This document shows positions 47,505-56,076 of a DNA stretch of 64,000 nucleotides, piece after piece. Each line of letters starts with the position of its first letter. Position 1 is the stretch's first letter. Source of the DNA: Candidatus Peregrinibacteria bacterium (GTDB taxonomy: Bacteria; Patescibacteriota; Gracilibacteria; CAIRYL01; GCA-016699755); the NCBI GenBank assembly GCA_016699755.1, contig CP065009.1, forward strand, positions 298,098-362,097, written 5' to 3'. The notes below the pieces were generated by a model. The model did not search any database. It worked only from the letters and a program-made list of their open reading frames with translations, and was not told where the DNA came from. The translations under genes were made by a program, and so were the position numbers.

Positions 47505-49676
47505 ATGAAACTCTCCCGAGTAAAAGCACTTGCGATACATCCTGTTTCGCTTTTTCTTTTTCTGCTGAGCCTTGGTGCTCTTCTTTTTCTTTTACAGGTT
47601 TCCTTACGAGGATTTTCTGCTTCTCTTACACACCTTCAATCGTTTTCTAACGGTGACAATGGTGCGCAGCTTCTTGGCGCAGAATCAGTATTTGTAGATG
47701 GAGATTACGCTTATGTTGTTTCTCGTTTTTCTGATTCACTTGAAATTATTGATGTCTCTGATCTCTTAACGCCTACTCGAGTAGGACACCTCATTGACGG
47801 AGAAGGAGGCGCAGAGCTAAATGGTCCTTCTTCTGTTGTTGTTCAGGATGGATATGCTTATATTACCGCCAATTACGGAGATGCTCTTGAGGTAGTAGAT
47901 GTTTCTGATCCAACAACGCCAGTGCATGTTGGCTCACTTACACACGGAGAGGGTGGCGCAATACTTGATGGTGCGCTTTCCGTGAAAGTCTCTGGAAATT
48001 ATGCCTATGTCGCTTCTTATGTTGGGGATGCATTGGAAATTATTGATATTTCTGATCCGAGTAATCCAAGACATGCTGGTGTTTTGAGAGATACTCTAGG
48101 TGGAGCACAACTCGATGGTGCTTCTGATGTTGCTGTCTCTGGAAATTATGCCTATGTTGCCTCACAATTCTCCGCGGCATTCCAAATTATTAATATTTCT
48201 GATCCGAGCAATCCAGTAGCAGTTGGTATTCTTCAGGATTCTCGAAAACTGCGACAAATCCGATCTGTTACTCTTGAGGGGAATTATGCGTATGTAACAG
48301 CACGAAGTGCGCTTGCTTTTCATATTATTGATATTTCTGATCCAACGAATCCCGATTATGTCGGCAATGTTCGAAATGGTGCTGGTGGAGCAAAACTTAA
48401 TGATCCGCGATCAGTAGTGATTTATGGAGGAAAGGCGTATATTGCTTCTTTTCGATCTGATGCTGTTGAGGTTGTTGACCTCACCAATAAAGGTGTTCCA
48501 GCACATTCTGGATATTTGAACAAGAGCAAAGAAGAGGATGATTTGAAATTCCCTACTTCACTCTTTATGAAAAATGGAGTTCTTTTTGTGACATCTTTTC
48601 TTTCCCCCGGATCTCTTGAAATTATCGGAGTCGATCCACAGCCGGATGTTTCGGTAACTCCTGTGCCATACGATTTTCTTGATCTTCCCATAGGAGAGAC
48701 GAATATTCAGACCTTTACCGTCAAAAATTCTGGCTACGATACACTTGCCATTGGAAACGTGACGCTAGAAGGAGAAGGAACCAATTTTGAAATTATAAAT
48801 GACGGATGTTCACTCGGAACCCTTGAGCCTCGAGAAGAGTGTTATCTTGATGTCTCATTCTCTCCAGAATTTGGAGGAGAACAATTTGCCACTCTTTCTG
48901 TTGAAACGAATGTCCCCTCAAAAACAGAGTTCTCTTTGAGCATTCTCGGGACAGGAGGAATAACAGTGGGAGATGACGATGATGACGACAATGATGTTGG
49001 TTCTTCTGAATTTGTTGCCATTTGTCATATTCCTCCCGGAAATACTGAAAACAAACAGCGTATTACCGTTCCAGAATCTGCTCTTTCTGCTCATCTCGCG
49101 CATGGAGACAACATTGGTCCATGTGAAGAAAGATCCACAGAAGAGTTTCCTGCAGAAATTAACGGAAACGGTAGTTTCACTACAAACGCAGATTCAAATA
49201 TGACTATTCGTGTACTTGGTACGGAAATTACTTATGGAGCTGGCGGTCCAGATGTTCCGGTGGAACTGGAAGCACGTGTCGGGAATGACACCTATACTAT
49301 TTTCTCTGGAACTTCTGTCGATGTTGCGGGAGCCGAACCACTTGTTCTAGAAAATGTTCCCGTTGGAACTACAGCACACTTTAAGGGGACATCATATCAT
49401 CCCTATCAAACAACTCGAAAACTCTACAGTCAAACTACCCAAAGCGGATCTGCACTCATTATTGTGCTTCGTAATGGAGATTCGCTTCCAAATGCAACGC
49501 CATACGGACAGCAACCTGCCATCTCAGATATTCTTTCGGACTACATCAACGAAGAGGGAATCGTCACTATTGGTAACAACGAGGTCATCTATCTCTTTGA
49601 GCTTGGCACAAATAGCCCATCGTCTAGCTCTGCCGATTTTCAGGATGCCGCTCTTCTTGTTACCTTTCCTGAATAA
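47505..49676 (+). CDS. secreted LVIVD-repeat beta-propeller protein
   Basis: Signal peptide, then at least 7 repeats of 'G.YAYV....d.LEIIDISDP.NP..VG', a poly-Asp linker 'GDDDDDDND', and a C-terminal domain. Confidence 0.75.
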   Translation: MKLSRVKALAIHPVSLFLFLLSLGALLFLLQVSLRGFSASLTHLQSFSNGDNGAQLLGAESVFVDGDYAYVVSRFSDSLEIIDVSDLLTPTRVGHLIDGEGGAELNGPSSVVVQDGYAYITANYGDALEVVDVSDPTTPVHVGSLTHGEGGAILDGALSVKVSGNYAYVASYVGDALEIIDISDPSNPRHAGVLRDTLGGAQLDGASDVAVSGNYAYVASQFSAAFQIINISDPSNPVAVGILQDSRKLRQIRSVTLEGNYAYVTARSALAFHIIDISDPTNPDYVGNVRNGAGGAKLNDPRSVVIYGGKAYIASFRSDAVEVVDLTNKGVPAHSGYLNKSKEEDDLKFPTSLFMKNGVLFVTSFLSPGSLEIIGVDPQPDVSVTPVPYDFLDLPIGETNIQTFTVKNSGYDTLAIGNVTLEGEGTNFEIINDGCSLGTLEPREECYLDVSFSPEFGGEQFATLSVETNVPSKTEFSLSILGTGGITVGDDDDDDNDVGSSEFVAICHIPPGNTENKQRITVPESALSAHLAHGDNIGPCEERSTEEFPAEINGNGSFTTNADSNMTIRVLGTEITYGAGGPDVPVELEARVGNDTYTIFSGTSVDVAGAEPLVLENVPVGTTAHFKGTSYHPYQTTRKLYSQTTQSGSALIIVLRNGDSLPNATPYGQQPAISDILSDYINEEGIVTIGNNEVIYLFELGTNSPSSSSADFQDAALLVTFPE

Positions 49677-49700
49677 AAAAACATCTCTGTTTCTCAAAAA

Positions 49701-49731
49701 GCGACCGAATTCCCTTTTGGTCGCTTTTTTT
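49701..49731 (+). terminator. intrinsic terminator
   Basis: GCGACC-gaattccctttt-GGTCGC followed by TTTTTTT. Confidence 0.7.
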
Positions 49732-49766
49732 GTATGATGCCACTTGTCTCTTTATCCCTCTAAATC

Positions 49767-50849
49767 GTGCTTTCTGATGCTTTGCAAAAGATGCTTTCTG
49801 AAATTTCTGATGAGCAGAAAATGCTTGAAAACGAGCTATTGCTTCCTGAAGTCATGAATAGTCCCGCGAAAATTCGGAGTCTTTCCGAGCGACTTTCAGA
49901 AATCCGCGAGCCAGTGGAAAAATTTCAGCAATGGAATATCGCTCAATCTGCTCTTGCTGAAGCAAAACTGCTTCTCACTGATCCAGAAATGAAAGAGCTT
50001 GCACGAGAAGAAGTGGACACAAACACTATTCTTCTTGAGGGAATTGAAAAAGAGCTTCACATTCTTCTTATTCCGCGAGATCCAAACGATAATCGCGAAG
50101 CAATTATTGAAATTCGCCCTGGAGCAGGAGGGGAAGAATCTGCTCTTTTTGCGGGAGAACTTATGCGCGCCTATTTTCGTTTTGCGGAAAAAGAAGGGAT
50201 CCCCATAGAAATTATGGACAAAAATGAATCTGAAGGCGGTGGCATAAAAGAGGCGATATTTGAAGTGCACAGGAGTGGTGCATATGGAAAATTCAAATTT
50301 GAAGGAGGTGTACATCGAGTACAACGGATTCCTGCAACGGAATCACAAGGGCGTATTCATACCTCTGCAGTATCTGTTGTGGTGCTTCCCAAAGTGGAGG
50401 AGGCAGAATTTGTTATTGAAGAGAAGGATATAAAAGTAGATGTTTTTCGCTCGAGCGGTCCGGGTGGACAATCGGTCAATACAACTGATTCTGCGGTGCG
50501 TATTACACACATTCCCACTGGAACAGTGGTCACTTGCCAAGATGAAAAAAGTCAGTTAAAAAACAAGGTCAAAGCACTCTCAGTACTCCGAAGTCGTCTT
50601 TCTGCGGCAGAAACGGAACGAAAAGCAAAAGAAGCAGGGGAAAAACGTCTTGCACAAATTGGCTCCGGTGATCGTTCGGATAAAATTCGCACGTACAATT
50701 TTCCACAAGATCGTGTTACTGATCATCGTCTTTCGGGCGGACAGAAAAACTTTTCGAATATTTCTGGCATTATGGCAGGAAATTTACTTCCCATTATAGA
50801 GGCTCTGCGAGAAGAGGAATCGGCATTATTTTCGAATGAGAATTTATAA
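49767..50849 (+). CDS. prfA: peptide chain release factor 1
   Basis: 'RIPATESQGRIHTSA' (PxT = RF1 tripeptide) and 'SGPGGQSVN' (GGQ). GTG start. Confidence 0.9.
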   Translation: MLSDALQKMLSEISDEQKMLENELLLPEVMNSPAKIRSLSERLSEIREPVEKFQQWNIAQSALAEAKLLLTDPEMKELAREEVDTNTILLEGIEKELHILLIPRDPNDNREAIIEIRPGAGGEESALFAGELMRAYFRFAEKEGIPIEIMDKNESEGGGIKEAIFEVHRSGAYGKFKFEGGVHRVQRIPATESQGRIHTSAVSVVVLPKVEEAEFVIEEKDIKVDVFRSSGPGGQSVNTTDSAVRITHIPTGTVVTCQDEKSQLKNKVKALSVLRSRLSAAETERKAKEAGEKRLAQIGSGDRSDKIRTYNFPQDRVTDHRLSGGQKNFSNISGIMAGNLLPIIEALREEESALFSNENL

Positions 50850-50955
50850 CCATTGCATGTCTTTCCTATGGAAAATGGTTTTTTTCGTCGTTGTCTTGTA
50901 AAAAAGAACTTGGTTTGACCAGAACCCTCATTCTATGACAAAATGCCCGAGCTAT

Positions 50956-51031
50956 GCCACCATAGCTCAGCTGGTAGAGCGGTCGCTTCGTAAGCGATAG
51001 GTCACCGGTTCAAGTCCGGTTGGTGGCTCCA
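50956..51031 (+). tRNA. tRNA-Thr (anticodon CGU), CCA encoded
   Basis: Hand-folded cloverleaf: acceptor GCCACCA/TGGTGGC, D arm GCTC/GAGC, anticodon stem GTCGC/GCGAT with loop TTCGTAA, T arm ACCGG-TTCAAGT-CCGGT. Confidence 0.9.
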
Positions 51032-51097
51032 GCTTTTTCTTCACTCTCGAAGTTGTTGCTGGTAAGCCATCCAACATGGTACAAACATCATTGTTTC

Positions 51098-51172
51098 GCC
51101 GCCTTAGCTCAGTGGTAGAGCACTGCCATGGTAAGGCAGGGGTCTCGGGTTCAAGTCCCGAAGGCGGCTCCA
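51098..51172 (+). tRNA. tRNA-Thr (anticodon GGU), CCA encoded
   Basis: Acceptor GCCGCCT/AGGCGGC, D arm GCTC/GAGC, anticodon stem CTGCC/GGCAG with loop ATGGTAA, T arm TCGGG-TTCAAGT-CCCGA. Confidence 0.9.
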
Positions 51173-51366
51173 GTTTCATTATCTTTTCTTTCATAAGAAG
51201 AGGGCTTATTTTCGTATTCACTGGCATTCTTCATTATATTTCGGATGTTGTTTTTCATCATAAAAAATAATCTTCTCTTTTTCTTCAGTTTCTTCTGCCC
51301 CAGTGGGCATTTTGTTTGACAAATATCTTAATATTCTTTTATAATAACAAGAGAAAATAAAAAAAA

Positions 51367-52491
51367 ATGACAGACACCCTCCCCCCTTCACCGACTTCAT
51401 CAGACGATAGTCTTCGTGAGAAAGTTCGTAATGCCATTCTTGTAGAAATGGAAAAAGGACGAACACCAGAAGAAATTCTTGACCTTGCGGTTCGCGCAGG
51501 AGCACCAAAAGAGCTCATTGTGGAAGAGCTGGCGAATGTACCAGTAGAAGCACCAAAAAAGAAGGGTATTTCTTTGAATTGGAAATGGTTTGCATATGGA
51601 GGCATGGGGTTTGCATCTGTTGTTGGGGGAATTGCTTTCGCTCTCTGGCTTCCCGAAAAAGAAAGCACCTCTAATGACTTGCCTATAAGCACTCCGCCTG
51701 TTGTTCAAAAAGAACATGCCGTTGCGGAAGAAGAGAAAACAGAAGGGGATGAAAAAAAATCAGAGCAAGAGTCGGAAGGAATAAAGGAGGGTACAAAAGA
51801 GGCTCTTCCTCAAGAAGAGGAAAAAGAAACAGAAAATGCAGAAGATCTTGCTACCACCACCAAGGAGACAGAAAATACAGAAGAGCCTTCTCCAGAGCAA
51901 AAAGAAAGCAAAGATACTCAAGAGACAATTGCAGAAAAGAATGATCCCGAAATCTCAGAAACAGAGAAATCATCCGAATCCACAAAAGAAGAAGCTGTCA
52001 AGGCAGAGCAATCTTCAATAGTTGAGGAGGATGCTCTTCCTCTTTTTCTTCGTCTTCCTGAGCAGATTCTGCTTGCCTCTGGAGAATATTCTATTTTGAG
52101 TTCCGATCCGAGTCGTTTGAATATTACCCTAAATGGCTCTGCTCTTTCTCTAACTGGATATGAGCCCGGAATGGCAACGGTAACGCTTGTGGAAAAGGCT
52201 TCCTCCCAAAAATTCTCCTTTTCGGTCAACGTTCTTGCAGAAGAGGTGACGGAGCGAAAAATCCCTCTCACTCTGAATGTAGGGAAGAAAAAGTATATCC
52301 GAAGTTATGTCGATCAAAAAGTGGAGGCAATGAGTTCTGATGAATCGGTTGCTTCTGCAAAAGTATCGGGAAGTGGAATTCTTGTGATTACTGCGGAGAA
52401 GCAGGGGGAAATAGAAATTTCTGTGACGAACACCGAAAAAAAGCTCACAACGGTGTATGAGCTTTCTGTTGTAGGAGAAAAAACCAAATGA
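51367..52491 (+). CDS. hypothetical single-pass membrane protein with acidic linker and Ig-like C-terminal repeats
   Basis: TM 'GGMGFASVVGGIAFALWL', E/K/T-rich low-complexity region, two beta-rich modules. Confidence 0.5.
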   Translation: MTDTLPPSPTSSDDSLREKVRNAILVEMEKGRTPEEILDLAVRAGAPKELIVEELANVPVEAPKKKGISLNWKWFAYGGMGFASVVGGIAFALWLPEKESTSNDLPISTPPVVQKEHAVAEEEKTEGDEKKSEQESEGIKEGTKEALPQEEEKETENAEDLATTTKETENTEEPSPEQKESKDTQETIAEKNDPEISETEKSSESTKEEAVKAEQSSIVEEDALPLFLRLPEQILLASGEYSILSSDPSRLNITLNGSALSLTGYEPGMATVTLVEKASSQKFSFSVNVLAEEVTERKIPLTLNVGKKKYIRSYVDQKVEAMSSDESVASAKVSGSGILVITAEKQGEIEISVTNTEKKLTTVYELSVVGEKTK

Positions 52492-52495
52492 GCTA

Positions 52496-52936
52496 CTAGG
52501 TTTCTATTCCTTCCGGAAGGGTGTTGAGGAAATTTCCTACCCTCTCTCTTATCTCATCAGGAACAGAACAGTGGGCTAAGAGTGCCTTCGCAAAACTTTT
52601 TAAGACAACAATATTTTTTTCAGGAGGAGTGTCGTTACAAGAAAGAGTTGGGTTGCCTTCTGAGAGAAACATGTTTACGTCTCCGGCACGAAGAACCACT
52701 CCGGTTTTTTTCACTTCTGCGCTTGAAGGAGTCTCTCTGTCTGTAAGATAAAAAGACATATTCACCTCGTTTGGTATATGTGCCAGAATATTCTTGATGT
52801 GTTTTAGAATGCTCGAAATTTGTTGTGAAAAAAGATTTTCTCTTTCTGCTATTCTTTCTTTTGGATAACATTGCTCTGTCATTATACGAAGAAAAATGAA
52901 GAGTGCATTTTTTCTCAAAAAGAATATTCTTGTCAA
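52496..52936 (-). CDS. hypothetical protein
   Basis: 146-aa ORF convergent with the previous gene. No motif recognised. Confidence 0.4.
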   Translation of the reverse strand: MTRIFFLRKNALFIFLRIMTEQCYPKERIAERENLFSQQISSILKHIKNILAHIPNEVNMSFYLTDRETPSSAEVKKTGVVLRAGDVNMFLSEGNPTLSCNDTPPEKNIVVLKSFAKALLAHCSVPDEIRERVGNFLNTLPEGIET

Positions 52937-53031
52937 TTATTTTTCGTTTTTGCTAAAGGAAGAGGGGAATCTGCTTGATGAATACTCCGAAGTCAAAACA
53001 CCTTATTTCATTCCTTCGCCGGAGTGGGTGT

Positions 53032-53070
53032 GGAGGAGTCCCTTGCAGGAGACTCCAGCAGGAGAAAAAA
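53032..53070 (+). repeat. GGAGTC...GACTCC quasi-palindromic element, copy R1
   Basis: 'ggagtcccttGcaggagactccagcaggagaaaaa' is 34/35 identical to R3 (54146-54180) in direct orientation. Confidence 0.85.
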
Positions 53071-53185
53071 TAGGAAAAAAACAGAATATAGTTATTTCCC
53101 TTTACAGCAGTCCTCTCGCTCGTCTAAGTCTTCGTCTTTCGCCATAAACATTCGCAAATCTCACCTTGTTTTGCAAAACCTCAAA

Positions 53186-53230
53186 GAGAGACTTGGACGC
53201 AAAAAGTATAAATGAGCGTCCGAGTCTCTC
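53186..53230 (-). terminator. 15-bp stem-loop, second possible terminator behind the minus-strand gene
   Basis: GAGAGACTTGGACGC (53186-53200) pairs with GCGTCCGAGTCTCTC (53216-53230) with one G-U pair. On the minus strand a U-rich tract follows. Confidence 0.4.
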
Positions 53231-53278
53231 TTCACTCGACTCTTTTTGACTCGACCCTTTTGACTTCTCTCAAAAAGT

Positions 53279-53301
53279 GGCGAAGTCCAAGAGACTTCGC
53301 C
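53279..53301 (-). terminator. intrinsic terminator of the 53317-53919 gene
   Basis: Perfect 9-bp stem GGCGAAGTC/GACTTCGCC with a 5-nt loop. On the minus strand it is followed by ACTTTTTGAG, 16 nt after the stop codon. Confidence 0.6.
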
Positions 53302-53316
53302 AAACAAGGTACTTGC

Positions 53317-53919
53317 TCACTGACATTCGGATAAAATGGAACGAAGTTTCTTAGCGTTTTGTTCGGAGCTTTCTATCAAACTGCGATAACGAGAGTTCAG
53401 AAAGACATCAAAACTATCTATGTAATGTAAGTTCTGATTTTTATCCAAAACAACATTTTCTTCTCCATTATCTGATAAATCAAGCACCTTTCCTTTTGCA
53501 AGCCATTCATCAAAGGCATCAAGAAGATCTTCTAACTGTTGGCGTGTTTGAGGATTAGATTTTAATACTTCCAAAATATACGGTTTATTTTCTTCGGAGA
53601 GCATATCAGTTGTAATTTTTATCGGTTCTGCCAGAACCAAAGCACCAAGAGTTTGTCCGACTTTTGCCCTTATATAAGTCGCATTTGGTACTATCTCACC
53701 AAGTCTTAATTTGATTTCATCGTACTCTTTTTTGTACCTATTCAAATCATCATCTGAAATAAGGCTAAAAGATTTTTTGACATAGGTATGAGCAGTTTTG
53801 TCTCCCTGTGTGTAAGCGTGATAATTTTCACAATGACTGCCATTACGTGTATTTTTACGAATAGAAGCTTTGGGGGAGATACAAGGTACTTCTTCTGACA
53901 AGTTGGGACTTTTAGCCAT
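53317..53919 (-). CDS. hypothetical protein, weak kinase-fold-like catalytic-loop signature
   Basis: 200 aa. 'VLDLSDNGEENVVLDKNQNLHYIDSFDV' resembles the D-x4-N catalytic loop plus the (I/V)D metal-binding strand of RIO/Kdo-type small kinases. No glycine loop seen. Confidence 0.45.
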   Translation of the reverse strand: MAKSPNLSEEVPCISPKASIRKNTRNGSHCENYHAYTQGDKTAHTYVKKSFSLISDDDLNRYKKEYDEIKLRLGEIVPNATYIRAKVGQTLGALVLAEPIKITTDMLSEENKPYILEVLKSNPQTRQQLEDLLDAFDEWLAKGKVLDLSDNGEENVVLDKNQNLHYIDSFDVFLNSRYRSLIESSEQNAKKLRSILSECQ

Positions 53920-54008
53920 TGATAACGAAAGTGAAAGAAAATGTAGTTTTATTTTATTATAAAATATTTCAAGTCTAATGGCAAAATGATTCTGAAAGAT
54001 ATAAACTT

Positions 54009-54044
54009 CCTCCCGCTGGAGTCTCTCGTCAGAGGACTCCGGCG
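54009..54044 (+). repeat. GGAGTC...GACTCC quasi-palindromic element, copy R2 (inverted relative to R1/R3)
   Basis: 'ctcccGCTGGAGTCTC-tcgtcaga-GGACTCCGGC' compared with the reverse complement of R3, 'ctcctGCTGGAGTCTC-ctgaaag-GGACTCCGGC'. The arms are 15/16 and 10/10 identical and the loops are unrelated. Confidence 0.85.
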
Positions 54045-54140
54045 TTAATTGAGATATTCTGGAAATATCCTCATTCTACTGCCTTGAGTTATGGGCAATA
54101 TGATGTTGATGTTTTACATGAATGAGAACGTACCATAGAT

Positions 54141-54175
54141 CTGCCGGAGTCCCTTTCAGGAGACTCCAGCAGGAG
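54141..54175 (+). repeat. GGAGTC...GACTCC quasi-palindromic element, copy R3
   Basis: 'ctgccGGAGTCcctttcaggaGACTCCagcaggag', 96 nt downstream of R2 and fully complementary to its arms. Confidence 0.85.
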
Positions 54176-54306
54176 AAAAATGGCTCCCGCTTGTCATTAC
54201 TTTTTATTTTTGATACATTCATTTCCGATCCATTTTCTAAAATGGAATTGCATCGAGGGTTAGGCTAGAGATGTGAAAACATATCAAAGAGCCAACACCA
54301 TCCGCG

Positions 54307-54512
54307 CTCCTCCTGTCTGGGGAGGAAAAGGAGGTACTCACTGGAAACAGAGAACTATCTCTACCAGAATAGGAAAGTTTTGGATAACTTTCTGAAAAAG
54401 GGAGTCAGGGGAGGAAACAAACCTGACTTCGTGCCCAGAAATAATACTTCAAAACATTCTGAAATCGAAATCAAGGCTTTTATGAGAATTTTCTTCAAAA
54501 AGTCTTGATTTC
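54307..54512 (+). other. hairpin-rich untranslated region directly 5' of the RT (candidate ncRNA/leader)
   Basis: Five hand-folded stem-loops: 54309-54325, 54341-54367, 54373-54392, 54401-54430 (9 bp, starts with GGAGTC) and 54467-54512 (15 bp). Confidence 0.35.
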
Positions 54513-55752
54513 TCCATCCTCTTTTTATTTTACATTGTTATTAAACGAAGTAGCAGAAATAAATAGGCTTAAAAAGTGCTGGATGAGTATTTATGCCAGT
54601 AAATCTGAAGACATTAGAAAAATGTCAAAAGGAATTGACAATGTAACCCTTGAGGATTTTAAAAAGGATGATGATCAAAATTTAAAAGATATACATACTC
54701 AAATAGCAACAGGGAAATTTGAATTTGATGAAATTAAATCTATCCCCAAAAAGAAAAGTAATGGGAAAATTCGTCTTATATCTGCTCCAACTGTGCGGGA
54801 TCGAGTCGTTCATAAATCTATCTTAAGTATTTTAAGTGATGCCTTGTACGATCATATCAATACTGGTGTGAGTTACTGTGGTGTAAAAAAGGATTTTTGG
54901 AAAAAGGAAAAAGACGGACTGAGCATAAAAAGGGCTATTGAACAGTTAGTTACTTATGTGAAGAGACGCAACTATTGGATATTTGAAACAGATATTAAAG
55001 GTTTTTTTGATCATGTTCCCAAAGAAAAAATATTAAAAAAAGTATGCGAAGTGTTACCAGACAGATCGTTGGAAAAGTATCTCAAACAAATAATTTTTTT
55101 TGACATTGGGAATGAGAGTGAACTACTAAAAAAAGAAATCGAAATACCAAATAAAATTAACGGCTTGGCTCAAGGTTCTTCACTTTCACCATTATTCGCC
55201 AATCTTTTTCTTGCTGAATTTGATAATTACATGAAGAGCAAATACGGATTTAGGTATATTCGTTACGTGGATGATTTTATTGTAGTTTGTGAATCTGAAG
55301 AGGAAGCAAAAGAAGCGGAATTGGATTCGACCACAGAATTAAAAAAAGAAAATCTTGAATTATCAAAAGATAAGACCCATATTTTAGATTTGAATCGAAG
55401 TAGTTTGAAATTTTTAGGGGTTCATGTCGATAAATTCTGTATAAAACCCAAGAAAACAACTGGAAAAATAAGGGATTGGCTTGTTAGTGAAGTTTTAAAT
55501 ACTAAATCGTACAAAGTAGTTTTGAGGGCCGGAAAAGAAGTTTCCGTTATAGAACAAATAAATGAGAAAATTCAGGGTTGGGGAAACTTTTACAGGTATT
55601 ATCATGCACAAGAATTGTTTGAAAGTTTGGATGAATTTATCCTCAAAAGAAAAAAAGGGGATAAAAACCTCAAAGACATACTTCTACTCAAAGAAGTGAA
55701 GCTAGAAACAATTGTAAGTCAAGAAGAGTGGCAATCATATTTTAAGGAATAA
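54505..55752 (+). CDS. reverse transcriptase, group-II-intron-like (RT plus maturase-type thumb), free-standing
   Basis: Palm motifs: 'GKIRLISAPTVRDRVVHKSI', 'IFETDIKGFFDHV', 'GLAQGSSLSPLFANLFL', 'IRYVDDFIVV' (YxDD), 'SKDKTHI', 'LKFLGVHV'. Thumb: 'INEKIQGWGNFYRYY...LFESLDEFI'. No endonuclease or DNA-binding tail. TTG 54505 start is provisional (ATG 54583 would cut off the RT0-like 'AEINRLKKCW'). Confidence 0.85.
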   Translation: MISPSSFYFTLLLNEVAEINRLKKCWMSIYASKSEDIRKMSKGIDNVTLEDFKKDDDQNLKDIHTQIATGKFEFDEIKSIPKKKSNGKIRLISAPTVRDRVVHKSILSILSDALYDHINTGVSYCGVKKDFWKKEKDGLSIKRAIEQLVTYVKRRNYWIFETDIKGFFDHVPKEKILKKVCEVLPDRSLEKYLKQIIFFDIGNESELLKKEIEIPNKINGLAQGSSLSPLFANLFLAEFDNYMKSKYGFRYIRYVDDFIVVCESEEEAKEAELDSTTELKKENLELSKDKTHILDLNRSSLKFLGVHVDKFCIKPKKTTGKIRDWLVSEVLNTKSYKVVLRAGKEVSVIEQINEKIQGWGNFYRYYHAQELFESLDEFILKRKKGDKNLKDILLLKEVKLETIVSQEEWQSYFKE

Positions 55753-55930
55753 AATTTCTCCATCCGGTTCGCATGCACGGTATTTATTAGTGGCTGAATT
55801 ATAAGCCTATAAGGTTATTTTTTGCGCCGGACGGGGTGTTCGCGGAGGGTATTGGTGAGGAGCGACAACCCCCTTCATGACGTTTCTTCTTTTAAAAACT
55901 ATACATTTAAGGCAGGTCATGAATTCCCTT

Positions 55931-55962
55931 TCCGCTGGAGTCCGCTACAAGAGGCAGTCTTC
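55931..55962 (+). repeat. degenerate copy R4 of the GGAGTC element (R2 orientation)
   Basis: 'CCGCTGGAGTC' is identical to R2 for 11 nt and the 'AGAGG' core is retained. The distal arm has diverged ('cagtcttcc'). Confidence 0.55.
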
Positions 55963-56001
55963 CTACCTCCCTATTCGGATTTTTTGGCTTACACAAAACG
56001 T

Positions 56002-56076
56002 TGGCTCTCCTTATGTATGGAAGTTCGAACTGTTTTAAGGGAAGAAGAGGGTTTTGTGATGCTAGAAATTCCATAA
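56002..56076 (+). repeat. 75-nt direct repeat, copy A
   Basis: 'tggctctccttatgtatggaagttcgaactgtttt...' aligns without gaps to 61312-61386. By hand count 58/75 are identical, and 32/35 over the first 35 nt. Confidence 0.85.

Noticed and set aside
53032-55962. Hairpin elements as integron attC sites
   Set aside because: There is no integron integrase, the copies alternate in orientation, and I do not see the R''/R' core (RYYYAAC / GTTRRRY).
56002-56076. ORF 55822-56076 (84 aa) as a real gene, or the repeat as a tRNA fragment
   Set aside because: It has a TTG start and no recognisable domain, and it overlaps hairpin R4. The 'ggaagttcgaact' piece looks T-loop-like, but the flanking bases do not form a T stem or acceptor on either strand. 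I kept it only as a repeat.
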